A DNA stretch of 48,056 bases, taken from contig JALGZG010000315.1 in the NCBI GenBank assembly GCA_025782345.1, positions 1-48,056 on the forward strand, in the 5' to 3' direction. Every line of letters starts with the position of its first letter. The stretch's first letter is position 1. This stretch comes from a bacterium. GTDB taxonomy: Bacteria; Joyebacterota; Joyebacteria; Joyebacterales; Joyebacteraceae. Made by a program: the position numbers and the translations under genes. Shown here one piece after another: positions 1 to 10,203 of the stretch. The notes beneath the pieces were generated by a model, which ran no database searches, was not told the origin of the DNA, and saw only the letters and a program-made list of their open reading frames with translations.

Positions 1-485
1 CGGCCGTGCCCCTGGCCATCCTGGCGTTCTTCGCGCTCTTCCGCTCGCTGTCGGCGCTCGTTGGCGACCTGCTCGTGGCCACCGGCAATCCGAGTAAGTT
101 CCGCGCTATCACTGGTCTGCAGTTGGCGCTGGCGGCCGGCGGTCTCTACTTCGGAGCGACGCTAGGGGGGATGGTAGGCGTGGCGCTCGTCATGACGACC
201 GCGCAGGGGATCTCGCTGGTTGTGGGCTGGATCTTTGCGGCGAGAGTCGTGGGCGCGCGGGCCGGGGAGTTCGCCCAGGCGGTGCGCGGGCCCGTCGCAG
301 CGAGCGTCGTTGCCTCGGCGGCGTCGGTGCTCGCGTTGAGGGTTCTGCCCCACGAGGGGAACCTCCCTGCGCTTCTGGCCGCCGTGGGGGGTGTCGTTGT
401 CCTGTTCTTCGCGGTCTGGGCCGTGCTCGACGCGAAGCTCAGATCGGACTTCGCAAAGGCACTCCGGCGAGGGGAGGCCACGTGA
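1..485 (+). CDS. 3' fragment of a polytopic membrane protein, probably a Wzx/MOP-type polysaccharide flippase (5' end outside window)
   Basis: The frame is open to the left edge (track ORF 6..485). The product is all hydrophobic helices (GLQLALAAGGLYFGATLGG, AAVGGVVVLFFAVWAVL). It heads a glycosyltransferase/O-antigen-ligase cluster. Family assignment rests on context and composition only. Confidence 0.45.
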   Translation, partial: AVPLAILAFFALFRSLSALVGDLLVATGNPSKFRAITGLQLALAAGGLYFGATLGGMVGVALVMTTAQGISLVVGWIFAARVVGARAGEFAQAVRGPVAASVVASAASVLALRVLPHEGNLPALLAAVGGVVVLFFAVWAVLDAKLRSDFAKALRRGEAT

Positions 486-510
486 CCGCGCTGATCCCAG
501 GGGGTGCGCC

Positions 511-1936
511 TTGAGCAGGTCCCGCGCGGGGCGGCTGGTGCGAAGCCCCTGGCTTCCAGTGCTGATTGGTGTCGCCGCGATCGTCAGGGCCGTCGCCGTG
601 GCCCCGTCCGCGGCGGCGATCGTCATCCTGGTTCTGTCTGCCGCGTGCTGGCTCGTGTGGAAATTCGGCGCGAGAGTTGGGCTGTTGCTTCTTTTCCTTG
701 CCTCCATTCCCTTTCGAGAGCCCTTGAGCATCGACATCGTTGGGACGGCGTCGTTCTTCCCGACCGACGTCCTTCTGGTGGGGCTGTTCGCGGACGCCGC
801 CTACCGCGGCGAACTCCGACGTATGTGGCGATCGAGTGTTGTGTTCAAGATCGGGCTGGCGATTCTGGCCCTGAGCCTGCCTGGGCTCATGACCGCGTTC
901 TGGGGTGTGACCGCCTTCTACCGCATCGCTTTGCAGGTCGCGCTGTTCGTCGTGGCATCGAGCCTTGTCCGCTCGGGGCGCGACGCGACGCTGGCGCTGG
1001 TGGCGGTCGTCGTCGGTCTGGCGCCGTCAGTCGCCTACGGTCTCTACCAGGCGTCACTGCCGTACGGCGCCGAGCTACCGGACTGGGCCAATCAGTTCCT
1101 GGCCTACGGTCCCACCGGCGAACGCAGCGTCCGGACCTTCTCGACGTTCGATCACCCGCTCAGCTTCTCTCTCTACCTGACGGTCGGGTTCGGTCTCTCG
1201 CTGGGTCTGGCTCCTGGTCGTGGGCGCTGCGATCGGCTACTGCAACATGTTCACGGCCTCCATCGGCGGTACGGTGGGCATGCTCTCAGTGTTCGGGGTC
1301 ACGCTCATTCTGGGCCGGCGCCGGGTCGCCGTGTTCGTGCCGTTCCTGATCGTGCTCCTGTTCTTCCTGTCTCCGGCCACTCTCGTCGACAAGGCCGAGC
1401 GCGTTCTCTCAGGTGAGGCGATCACCGTCGCGGCGCGTGTGGTGACCTACCAGCAGGGCGTGGCCGCGATCAAGGCACACCCGTTCCTGGGGGTGGGTTG
1501 GGGAGGCATACGCAGGTTCATGGAGCACGACTACAGACTCACGCGCGCGTACGCGGTGCCGTTCGGAACGGAGAACTATTTCCTCCAGCGAGGAGTGGCG
1601 CTCGGCGTCCCCGGTCTGGCTCTCTACCTTGCGCTCTGCGTGCTCTTCTTCAGGAACCTGAGCCGGACGCGCGGTTCGCCGGCGGCCGCTTCGTGGCCCG
1701 GGGCCGCGATCCTCATTGGAGGTGTCGCCTTCTACGTGCAGGCGCAGAGCATCCCCAGCTCGTGGGTGGTGAACAACCTCATTCTCTGGCTGCTGTTCGC
1801 GCTTGCTGCCCGCATGGCGGAGGATGTCGGGCGACCAGCACTCGCCGCCGCGGCCGGAACTGCACCGGCCAGTCCGGAGGGATTGGCGGAGCCGGAGACG
1901 CCGGGGAGATCCCGTGAACCGGAGGCGAGTTCGTGA
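511..1936 (+). pseudogene. O-antigen ligase / Wzy-type polymerase-like membrane protein, frame-disrupted as assembled
   Basis: Track ORFs 391..1416 (frame 1) and 1220..1936 (frame 2) together read as one multi-TM protein. The second half has a Wzy_C/O-antigen-ligase-like loop (HPFLGVGWGGIRRFMEHDY ... NYFLQRGVALGVPGL). Frame 2 is closed by a stop at 1178..1180, and frame 1 becomes Arg/Gly-rich nonsense after about 1215. The switch therefore lies in 1181..1225 (LTVGFGLSLGL | WLLVVGAAIGY). The TTG 511 start is a guess. Confidence 0.6.
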
Positions 1937-3165
1937 GAAACCCGGGCAAGATCGCCTACGTCTTCAACAAGAGCCTGACCGAGCCGATCCCAAGGCTGCA
2001 CGGTCTCGACCAGATCCGTGCGATGTCGGGTCGCCGACGCTTCGTCGTCCTCTCTTTCGAACCCCGCAGGCGCGGCCGCCAGCCTGCGGAGCGCCGGCTC
2101 TACGACGAGACCCGGGCGTGGCTGGCCGCGGCCGGCGTCGAGCACGTTTCGCTCCCGCTCCTCGGCAACAGGTGGCTCGAGATACCGATGGGGGCCGTGG
2201 CAATCCTGTTCCAGGTCCTCTTCCGCGGCGTGCGAACGATCCACTGTCGTAGCTACATCCCGGCACTCATGGGGCTTCTCGTTCGTACGGTTACCACCAC
2301 ACGCCTTCTGTTTGACATGCGGGGGCTTTTCGTGGATGAGTACCTGCTGTATGGCGCCTTCGTGGAGGGAACGCTCAAGCTGGCCTTCGCACGCTGGCTC
2401 GAGCAGCGCCTCTTGTTCTCGTCGGACTCAGTTGTTGTCGTCTCCGAGTCGTTTCGGGATCATCTCCTGGCCAGACCGGACCTCACGGAGAGGCTCCGGC
2501 CTGAGCGGATCCGCGTCATTCCCAACAGAGTGGACATCGACCGTTTCGCGCTCGATGCGGACGGCCGGCGCAGAGTGAGGGATGACCGTGGGTGGAGCGA
2601 GTCGACCGTGGGTGTCTTCGTCGGCTCGACGGCGTCGTGGCACAGGATGGATCGCACAATGGACTTAGCAGCGGGCGTCATGTCCGAGCTCGACGACGTG
2701 CGTTTTGTCGCGGCCGTCTACCCGACGACGGAGCACGCCGAGCGGATCGCCGTCGAGAGCGGCTTGCCTCCCGATCGGGTGGAGTTCGTGACAGCCGGCG
2801 TGGCCGAGATGCCGCCGCTCCTTGCGGCCGCCGATTTCGGTTTCATGCTGATCGAGCGCCACGTTTCGAAGGAGGTCTGCGCACCCATCAAGTTCAGCGA
2901 GTACATGGCCGCCGGGTTGCCGACCGTGGCCAGCGAAGCGGTCGGGGACGTGACCGGGTGGATCGAGGATCGAGGACTCGGTGTCACGATCGATCAAGAT
3001 GACGTGGAGGGCGCCGCCAAGTCCGTTGTGGAGTTCCTCTCCTCGGACGATTTCCGCGGCGGGACCGTTCGCGCGAGGTGTCTCGAATTCGCGGCCGGAG
3101 AGATGGATATGTCCAAGACGCTTGAGGAGTACGAGGCGGCCTACGAGGATCTGGACACGCGATGA
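1933..3165 (+). CDS. glycosyltransferase, GT-B fold (family 4-like)
   Basis: 410-aa ORF; GTG 1933 overlaps the upstream stop. The C-terminal half resembles a GT4 nucleotide-sugar domain (VGVFVGSTASWHRMD, PIKFSEYMAAGLPTVAS with an E-x7-E-type motif). Confidence 0.7.
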   Translation: MRNPGKIAYVFNKSLTEPIPRLHGLDQIRAMSGRRRFVVLSFEPRRRGRQPAERRLYDETRAWLAAAGVEHVSLPLLGNRWLEIPMGAVAILFQVLFRGVRTIHCRSYIPALMGLLVRTVTTTRLLFDMRGLFVDEYLLYGAFVEGTLKLAFARWLEQRLLFSSDSVVVVSESFRDHLLARPDLTERLRPERIRVIPNRVDIDRFALDADGRRRVRDDRGWSESTVGVFVGSTASWHRMDRTMDLAAGVMSELDDVRFVAAVYPTTEHAERIAVESGLPPDRVEFVTAGVAEMPPLLAAADFGFMLIERHVSKEVCAPIKFSEYMAAGLPTVASEAVGDVTGWIEDRGLGVTIDQDDVEGAAKSVVEFLSSDDFRGGTVRARCLEFAAGEMDMSKTLEEYEAAYEDLDTR

Positions 3166-6100
3166 ATGCAAGCCTGGTAATGGTCAACTACAACGGGGGA
3201 ACGAGGGCCGCGGAGAACGCGCGCATCCTTGCGGGTCAGGCTGCCGAAGAGGGCATGGAGTTCATAGTCATCGACAATGGCTCGTCGGATGGGAGCGACG
3301 GGCTCATTCGGACGGCAGCCCCGACCGCACACCTCGTCACGGAGCTCGAGAACCGGGGATACGCCGCTGCGGTCAACCGAGGACTCGAGGAGGCCTCTGG
3401 AGAGGTCGTGATCGTTCTCAACGCTGACGTCGTCCCGCGCTCAGGAGCGCTCAGGGGCCTTGCAGCGGCTGCCTTGGGCGGCGAGTTTGCGATCCTCGGG
3501 GGTGTTATCGTCGACAGTTCCGGCAGGCGTTCGAGCAACACGGCTCGTCTGCTGCCTCGACCGGTCGACATACTCAGAGAAGGTCTCTTTCTCCGGCCGC
3601 CTTCTCCGCGCCTCGACGACACGCGCGGGCCGGGAGGCAGGCGCGGAAGGGCTGGCACCGTTCCTGTACCCGTGGTGTCCGGCGCCGTGATGGCCGTTCG
3701 CGCGGACGCTCTCGCCGAGCTCGGACCGATGGACGACGAGTTCTTCCTCTACAACGAGGACGTGGAGTGGTGCAGGCGCGCGCACAGGAAGGGGCTCGGC
3801 GTTGGCCTTGTCACCGACGCTCTGTTCGACCACGAGGGCGGCGCCTCCACGAGAACCTGCGAGGGGCCGTCGTTCGCGGCGAGGGTTCTGGCAGACTTTC
3901 AGTACTTCTGCGAGGGCGAGGGAGTCCCGCCGGAGAAGATACGCCGCCTGGAGCGCATCCGTCTCATCGCTCGTTCGTGGCTCTACAGAATGGACGCTCT
4001 TCTTGGAGTGCTGGGGCGGCGCCCCGAATCGCGCCGCCGAGCGGCCATCTACCGTCTGCTGGCGGGGGCGCTCGTGCACTTCAGATGGTCGACCGAGGAC
4101 GGAATCCAGAACGGCCACCCGCCCAGGCTCTTCCGATTCCCCGCCGCCCTGCGCGAGGACCGGGAAGATCCGCGCCCGAGGGTCCTCCAGCTCATCCCCA
4201 ACATGGAGTACGGGGGGGCGCAGAGGCTCGTCGAGACGCTCGTTGCGGGATCGCTGTCGCGGCGATACAGGTTCGAGGTGCTGTGCCAGACGCACGTGGG
4301 CGAGATAGGCGAGGAGCTTCGTCGCAGGGGAGTGCCCGTCTTCGTGGCGGGCATGTCCGGCTGGCGACGCCTGTCGGAGTGGAAGCGCTTCGCTGACTAC
4401 GCGGCCCTTCTCGAACCCGACCTCGTTCACTCCCATCTCATCCCGGCAGATATCGGGGCGCACATCGCCTTCGGCGGCCGAGTCCCCAGGCTGTCGACGA
4501 AACACAACGTGGACCCGAAGTTCACGCGGGCCGTGAAGCTGCTCGAGCGGCACATCCTGAAGAGAGTGCCCGTGCTCGCCGTCAGCGATGCGGTTGCGCT
4601 TGCCAAGTCCCATCTCTGTTCCTGGGGCATGCGTCCTCCGGTCCTCCAGAGCCCGCCGTCCGTGCCCGCGGCCTCGTCGCCGGCGCCCTTCTTTCGGAAG
4701 GGCGAGCCGGTGCGACTCCTGGCCATCGGCCGTCTGCACCCGCAGAAGCGGCTCGACATATACGTGCGCGCTGCCGCGGAGCTGGAGCGCCGCTTCCCGG
4801 GCCGCTTCTCATTCCGTGTGGTCGGTGAAGGACGGGAGTTGGAAGCCCTCAGGGCGCTGGCCGATGAGCTTGGGATTGGCGACAGCGTTGATTTCCGACC
4901 GGCCGTGGCCGACGTTGCCGGCGCGATGGACGATGCGGACATCGTCGTCATGACGTCCGATTACGAGGGGTCTCCGCTCGTGGTCCTCGAAATGCTCGCT
5001 CGCGGCAGGATTCCGCTCGTCAGGCGGGTGCCGGGCACGGACGGCGCTCTGCCCGCCGCTCTCGAGCCGTGCTACGTCGAGTCCTCTTCGCCAACCGACG
5101 TTGCTGAGAAGGTGCTCGAGATGTGCGACGCGCCCGACATGTTCGCCGAGCTTGCGCGCCGGGGTCTGAAGTGGGTGGCGGAGCGGTCCGACTACGCGTC
5201 AGTGACCGGCAGGATATACGAGGGGCTTCTCTCGACCGACACAGCTCGTTCGAGACCGCGAGTGCTTCACCTCATCACGCGTCTCATCGTTGGAGGGGCG
5301 CAGGAGAACACCATCGCCTCTGTGGAGCGCGTGGACCCCGAGAGGTACGATTCACAGCTCTGGATCGGCCCCCAGACGGGTTCGGAAGGCTCGCTCCTGG
5401 CGGACGCGCGGTCAAGGGGGATCGTCGTCCGTGTGCTGCCGAACCTCGTGCGCGAGATCAACCCCAGGCGAGACGCCCTGGCGCTCGTTCAGTTGGTGAG
5501 ACTGCTCCGACGGGGGCGATTCGATATCGTTCACACACACAGTTCCAAGGCCGGTATTCTCGGCCGCATCGCCGCGAAGATAGCCGGTGTGCCCCACGTC
5601 GTGCACACGGTCCACGGCTGGGGTTTCCACGACCGGATGAACCCGCTTCTCAAGAACACCTACGTGACGCTCGAAAAGCTGCTGCAGCCCTGGACCCGCC
5701 CGCTCGTTTCGGTCTCCAACAAGACCACGAGGGTCGGCCTCGACGAGGGCATCGGCCGGCCCGGTGCTTACCACCTGATCCGGAGTGGCATCCCGCTCAC
5801 AAGATTCTTCCCCGACCCGGAGTGCGGTGCCGAGGTTCGGGAGAGACTGGGGCTTCGGGCCGACGACATCGTGGTAGGTTCTGTCGGCCGGCTGTCGCCC
5901 CAGAAAAACCCTCGTGACTTCGTGCGCGTGGCTGAGCTCCTTCTGCGCGATCGTGAGAACCTCAGGTTCGTCTACGTCGGTGACGGTCCCATGAGAACGG
6001 AGATCGAACGTACGCTCGATTCGGTTGGGCTCTCGGACCGCGTCCTCCTCCTCGGCATCCGCGACGACGTTCCCGACCTCCTACGTGCCATGGACATCTT

Positions 6101-6446
6101 CATACTGACGTCTCTCTGGGAGGGCCTGCCGCGAGTCGTCCTTCAGGCTCTCGCGACCGGCCTGCCCGTCGTCGCCTACGACACGGCGGGGATCGGTGAG
6201 GCGGTGAAGGAAGGGCGGAACGGCCACCTGGTGGAGCCCGGGGCCGTCGGCGAGATGGCCGAGTTTCTGGACCGCCTCGTCGCCGACGCGTCGCTGCGCG
6301 CCGCGATGGGCAAGGTCGCCGTCGAGGAACTCGGCACGGCTTTCACTGAGGATGGCATGATCCGCGATCTGGAGAACCTCTACGACGAGCTTACGAAGGG
6401 CGAAGGCGGCGGAGTGAAGTCCGCCCGTCCATCTCTGCAGAATTAG
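3162..6446 (+). CDS. three-domain glycosyltransferase fusion: N-terminal GT2 (GT-A) followed by two GT4 (GT-B) modules
   Basis: Uninterrupted 1094-aa ORF; its ATG overlaps the upstream stop (ATGA).
- Approx. aa 1-330: GT2 signature (LVMVNYNGG, VIDNGSSDGS, ENRGYAAAVNRG, FFLYNEDVEWCRRA).
- Approx. aa 345-700: first GT4 (RVLQLIPNMEYGGAQR, AIGRLHPQKRLD, TSDYEGSPLVVLEMLARG).
- Approx. aa 712-1080: second GT4 (RVLHLITRLIVGGAQ, SVGRLSPQKNPRD, TSLWEGLPRVVLQALATGLPVV). Confidence 0.8.
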   Translation: MNASLVMVNYNGGTRAAENARILAGQAAEEGMEFIVIDNGSSDGSDGLIRTAAPTAHLVTELENRGYAAAVNRGLEEASGEVVIVLNADVVPRSGALRGLAAAALGGEFAILGGVIVDSSGRRSSNTARLLPRPVDILREGLFLRPPSPRLDDTRGPGGRRGRAGTVPVPVVSGAVMAVRADALAELGPMDDEFFLYNEDVEWCRRAHRKGLGVGLVTDALFDHEGGASTRTCEGPSFAARVLADFQYFCEGEGVPPEKIRRLERIRLIARSWLYRMDALLGVLGRRPESRRRAAIYRLLAGALVHFRWSTEDGIQNGHPPRLFRFPAALREDREDPRPRVLQLIPNMEYGGAQRLVETLVAGSLSRRYRFEVLCQTHVGEIGEELRRRGVPVFVAGMSGWRRLSEWKRFADYAALLEPDLVHSHLIPADIGAHIAFGGRVPRLSTKHNVDPKFTRAVKLLERHILKRVPVLAVSDAVALAKSHLCSWGMRPPVLQSPPSVPAASSPAPFFRKGEPVRLLAIGRLHPQKRLDIYVRAAAELERRFPGRFSFRVVGEGRELEALRALADELGIGDSVDFRPAVADVAGAMDDADIVVMTSDYEGSPLVVLEMLARGRIPLVRRVPGTDGALPAALEPCYVESSSPTDVAEKVLEMCDAPDMFAELARRGLKWVAERSDYASVTGRIYEGLLSTDTARSRPRVLHLITRLIVGGAQENTIASVERVDPERYDSQLWIGPQTGSEGSLLADARSRGIVVRVLPNLVREINPRRDALALVQLVRLLRRGRFDIVHTHSSKAGILGRIAAKIAGVPHVVHTVHGWGFHDRMNPLLKNTYVTLEKLLQPWTRPLVSVSNKTTRVGLDEGIGRPGAYHLIRSGIPLTRFFPDPECGAEVRERLGLRADDIVVGSVGRLSPQKNPRDFVRVAELLLRDRENLRFVYVGDGPMRTEIERTLDSVGLSDRVLLLGIRDDVPDLLRAMDIFILTSLWEGLPRVVLQALATGLPVVAYDTAGIGEAVKEGRNGHLVEPGAVGEMAEFLDRLVADASLRAAMGKVAVEELGTAFTEDGMIRDLENLYDELTKGEGGGVKSARPSLQN

Positions 6447-6602
6447 TCCCCGGCGCTCACCGGCTGCTCTCTCTCTCGCCGCCTCACCGCAGGATCCAAC
6501 ACGCCGCCCCATCATCATTCTCGCACGTTTCGGCACGCCGGGAATGTGCCTTGCACGGCTGATGCCCTGCGCCCGGCCCCGCGGCAGGTGTTGGGAAAGG
6601 GG

Positions 6603-6631
6603 TTGCTGACGATTCCCTCCACGTGTATACT
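6603..6631 (+). promoter_or_regulatory. candidate sigma70-type promoter (TTGCTG-N17-TATACT) upstream of the epimerase/dehydratase gene
   Basis: -35 TTGCTG at 6603..6608, a 17-nt spacer and -10 TATACT at 6626..6631. It sits in the 266-nt intergenic gap, about 80 nt upstream of ATG 6713. Sequence match only. Confidence 0.35.
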
Positions 6632-6712
6632 ACTGCCCGAGTGAGTGAAGGATCCGGGGCCGCACGGCGTCTCACGTGTTCGAAGGCCAGGTTCAAGGGG
6701 GGGCAACCGCCA

Positions 6713-7672
6713 ATGAAGGTGCTCGTGACCGGCGGTGCCGGTTTCATCGGTTCTCATCTCGTCGAAGCGCTCCTCGAGAGGGGTGACAAGGTCTCGGTCA
6801 TTGACGACCTGTCTACCGGCCGTTTCGAGAACATCGCGCATCTCGAGAGCAATCCCAGTTTCGATTACGTGATCGATACGATCCTCGACGAGCGGATTGT
6901 CGCCGACATGACGGCCAAGGTGGATGTTGTCTTCCACCTTGCCGCGGCCGTCGGCGTGGCCTACATCATCGACAATCCCCTGAAGTCGCTCGAGACGAAC
7001 ATCAGGGGCACTGAGGTCGTGCTCCAGAAGGCCAACGACGGCAAGAAGAAGGTCGTCCTGTTCTCGACCTCCGAGATCTACGGCAAGGCGAATTCGCAGC
7101 CGTGCAGGGAGGACCACGACAGGGTGCTCGGGACCACGACGATCACGCGCTGGGGCTACTCGTCCTCGAAGGCCATCGACGAGTTCCTGGCGTTCGCATA
7201 CCACAGGGAGAAGAAGCTGCCCATCGTCATCGTGAGGTGCTTCAACACCTGCGGCCCCAGGCAGACCGGACAGTACGGCATGGTGATACCCCGCTTCGTC
7301 AAGCAGGCGCTCCTGAATCATCCGATCACGGTCCACGGCGACGGCCAGCAGACGAGGTGCTTCTGCGACGTGTCGGATGTCATTCGGGGAGTGCTCGGTC
7401 TGCTGGACGAGCCCACGGCGGACGGCGAGGTGTTCAATCTGGGGAGCGACGAAGAGACGACGATCGACGACCTCGCCGCGATGGTCAAGGAACTGACGGC
7501 GAGCAAGTCGACGATCGAGCACATTCCATACGAGCGCGCGTACGAGGATGGATTCGAGGACATGCGGAGGCGTGTTCCCGACCTGACGAAGATCCGCGAG
7601 GCCATAGGCTATGAGACTCGCGTGTCTCTTTCGGGACTCCTCGAGCGTGTGGTCGCGGATTTCGAGAAGTAG
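6713..7672 (+). CDS. NAD-dependent sugar-nucleotide epimerase/dehydratase (extended SDR, UDP-glucuronate decarboxylase-like)
   Basis: Begins MKVLVTGGAGFIGSHLVEALL (Rossmann GxxGxxG) and has a catalytic Y-x3-K in WGYSSSKAIDEFL. ATG 6713 is preceded by AAGGGGGGG. The track ORF starts earlier (6623), but that N-terminal extension has no family-like sequence. Confidence 0.85.
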   Translation: MKVLVTGGAGFIGSHLVEALLERGDKVSVIDDLSTGRFENIAHLESNPSFDYVIDTILDERIVADMTAKVDVVFHLAAAVGVAYIIDNPLKSLETNIRGTEVVLQKANDGKKKVVLFSTSEIYGKANSQPCREDHDRVLGTTTITRWGYSSSKAIDEFLAFAYHREKKLPIVIVRCFNTCGPRQTGQYGMVIPRFVKQALLNHPITVHGDGQQTRCFCDVSDVIRGVLGLLDEPTADGEVFNLGSDEETTIDDLAAMVKELTASKSTIEHIPYERAYEDGFEDMRRRVPDLTKIREAIGYETRVSLSGLLERVVADFEK

Positions 7673-7745
7673 CGCGCTCAAGCCCGCGCGTTCTTCCGCC
7701 GGCACCGCTCGGTGAGCCCGAGGAGGTGAATGCCAGAGAAAGAAC

Positions 7746-7775
7746 TTGACAGCTGTGTGTCTGTATCAGAATAAT
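7746..7775 (+). promoter_or_regulatory. candidate promoter (TTGACA-N18-AATAAT) upstream of the WecA/MraY-like gene
   Basis: -35 TTGACA at 7746..7751 and -10 AATAAT at 7770..7775, in an unusually AT-rich intergenic stretch. Confidence 0.35.
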
Positions 7776-7801
7776 CCCGTGCTAAGCGGGCATCTGTTGG
7801 T

Positions 7802-8831
7802 TTGGAAACTGTCATGATCTTTCTTTGTGCGTTTGGCCTATCGCTCCTGGCGGTCCTGGCTCTCACCCCTGCGGTGAGGAGCCTCGCCAAGCGTCTGCGA
7901 TTTTTGGACTACCCCAACAAAAACAAGGTCCATCTGAGCCCGACTCCTCTGATGGGCGGCATCGCCGTCGCACTGGCCAGTCTGGCGGCCTCCGCCGCGG
8001 CGCTCGCGCTCATCAGGTGTCCGTACAGCGCGCGGCTGGTCGGCGGCCGTCATGCTCCTGTCGGGTGGCATCGACGGCATTCCCTTGCCCGCTCCGCTCG
8101 CGTTTGTCCTGGCTCTCTTCTGGATGGTCGGCCTGATGAACGCGTTCAACTTCCTGGACAACATGGACGGCATCACCGCGGGACTGGCGGCGATAGCCAC
8201 TCTCGGCATCTTCGTGCTGGGGTTCCTGTGGTACAACTTCGCCCCCGCGTCCATTTTCCTGGGAGACGCCGGGAGCCTGTTCCTCGGCTACGTCGTGGGC
8301 GGCCTGTCTCTCCGAGCCGTGGCCTACGCCGAAGGCGGCGTCAGCGCGCTGCTCATCCCGGTCCTCATGCTGGGCTATCCGATCTTCGACGCGCTCCTGG
8401 TGACGACCTCGCGATTCTCCGAGGGACGGGACCTCGCTCAGGGAGGCCGTGATCACAGCTCTCACAGGATCGCCTGTCTGGGCCTGAACCCCAAGCAGAC
8501 CGCGACGGTCATATACGTGATCTCTGGATTCCTGACCGCAGTGGCCGTCTACCTCTCGCTGTTCCAGAGCGGGAGGCCGCTCTTCATAGCACTCGTCGCC
8601 GTCGCCGCGGCGAGCGGGATGGCCCTTCTGGGTATCAGGCTCTTCCACGTCCCGGTCGCTGCCGCGCCCGGGGAAGCGCCGGCGACGCTGGCCCGCTCGG
8701 GCACCGCCCTCTGCGAGCCGCAGGAGGACGATCTCCTCGTTCTCAACTTGCCGCGGACGACGGAGCCCGAGGTTCTCTCCGAGGCCGTCTCTGCGGACAG
8801 CTCTTCCCGTGAGACAGTGAAGGCGCGCTAG
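7802..8831 (+). pseudogene. polyprenyl-phosphate N-acetylhexosamine-1-phosphate transferase (WecA/MraY, glycosyltransferase family 4), frame-disrupted as assembled
   Basis: Track ORF 7802..8452 (frame 2) gives the N-terminus (LDYPNKNKVHLSPTPLMGGIAVAL). Track ORF 8052..8831 (frame 0) gives the core (MNAFNFLDNMDGITAG, IFLGDAGSLFLGY). Frame 2 turns to nonsense after ...SARLVGG. Frame 0 reads ...AAVMLLSGGIDG, so the switch is near 8020..8055. Confidence 0.7.
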
Positions 8832-8870
8832 AGAGCGCACAACATCCGGAACCAACTGGCGGATACGAAC

Positions 8871-10142
8871 ATGCTGGATTTGAGATTCATAAGGGCGAAC
8901 CCTGACATCGTGCGGAAGGCGATCGCCGACAAGAGAGAGAAAGCGGAACTCGACCGCCTGCTCGAACTGGACGAGGCCGCACGCGCGATCATCGTCGAGT
9001 CGGACGAGCTCAAGCGTCAGAGAAACGTCGAGAGCGAGCGCATCGCAACGCTCAAGAAGACGGGCGAGGACGCGTCCGAGCCCATCGCGCGGATGCGCGA
9101 GGTCGCTGCGAGCATCAAGGGGTACGACGAGAAGCTGGCCGCCATGCGCGAGGAGATCGAGGCACTCGCGCTCATGATCCCCAATATCCCGCACGAGTCT
9201 GTGCCGGTGGGGGCGGACGAGGACGAGAACGTCCCCGTCCGGGAGTGGGGCGAGCCCCACTCCCTGTCCGACAACCCCGTCCCGCACTGGGAGATCGGTG
9301 AGGCGCTCGGCATCCTGAATTTCCAGGCGTGCGGCAAGCTGGTCGGGTCCAACTTCCCCGTCTTCGTGGGAGCAGGGGCGCGCCTTGAGCGCGCGCTGAT
9401 CCAGTTCATGCTGGACGTCCACACGAACGAGCACGGGTACACCGAGGTGTCCCCGCCGTTCATCGCGAACCGCCTGGCCGTGCGGGCGACGGGACAACTG
9501 CCGAAGCTCGAGTCGGACATGTACCACATCGAGGAGGGCGACCTCTTCCTGATATCGACGGGCGAGGTGCCGTTGACCAACCTCCACCGCGAGGAGATCC
9601 TCGCGGCTGAGCGGCTTCCTCTCTGCTACACGACCTACACACCCTGCTTTCGGCGCGAGGCCGGGTCGTACGGGCGCGACACGCGCGGGCTCGTACGCGT
9701 GCACCAGTTCGACAAGGTGGAGATGATGAAGTACGTCGAGCCCGAGACGTCTTACGACGAGCTCGAGGTCCTGACAGCGAACGCCGAGACCATTCTCCAG
9801 CGGCTGGACCTCCCGTACCGCCTGAAAACCCTGTGCACGGGAGACCTCTCGTTCGCCGCCGCCAAGTGCTACGACATCGACATCTGGTCCGCGGGCGTCG
9901 GGAAGTGGCTGGAGATCAGTTCGTGCAGTAACTACGAGGACTTCCAAGCCCGGCGGGCGGGGATACAGTACAGGCCGTCCGAGGGCGGCAAGCCGAGGTT
10001 CGTGCACACGCTGAACGGTTCTGGAGTGGCGCTCCCCCGGGCGGTCGTGGCGATACTCGAGAATTACCAGACGCCGGACGGGAAGATAATCATCCCGGAG
10101 GTTCTGCGACCGTACATGGGTGGGCTCTCGGAGATAGCGTAG
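8871..10142 (+). CDS. serS: seryl-tRNA synthetase
   Basis: 423 aa. N-terminal coiled-coil arm ([18 protein letters not shown]) and class II motifs ([25 protein letters not shown]; [21 protein letters not shown]). Confidence 0.95.
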   Translation: MLDLRFIRANPDIVRKAIADKREKAELDRLLELDEAARAIIVESDELKRQRNVESERIATLKKTGEDASEPIARMREVAASIKGYDEKLAAMREEIEALALMIPNIPHESVPVGADEDENVPVREWGEPHSLSDNPVPHWEIGEALGILNFQACGKLVGSNFPVFVGAGARLERALIQFMLDVHTNEHGYTEVSPPFIANRLAVRATGQLPKLESDMYHIEEGDLFLISTGEVPLTNLHREEILAAERLPLCYTTYTPCFRREAGSYGRDTRGLVRVHQFDKVEMMKYVEPETSYDELEVLTANAETILQRLDLPYRLKTLCTGDLSFAAAKCYDIDIWSAGVGKWLEISSCSNYEDFQARRAGIQYRPSEGGKPRFVHTLNGSGVALPRAVVAILENYQTPDGKIIIPEVLRPYMGGLSEIA

Positions 10143-10203
10143 AACCACAGGACGGTTCGGCGGGAGGCCACGCGTCTTCGATCCGCGCGGAAGGGGGTGC
10201 CGC

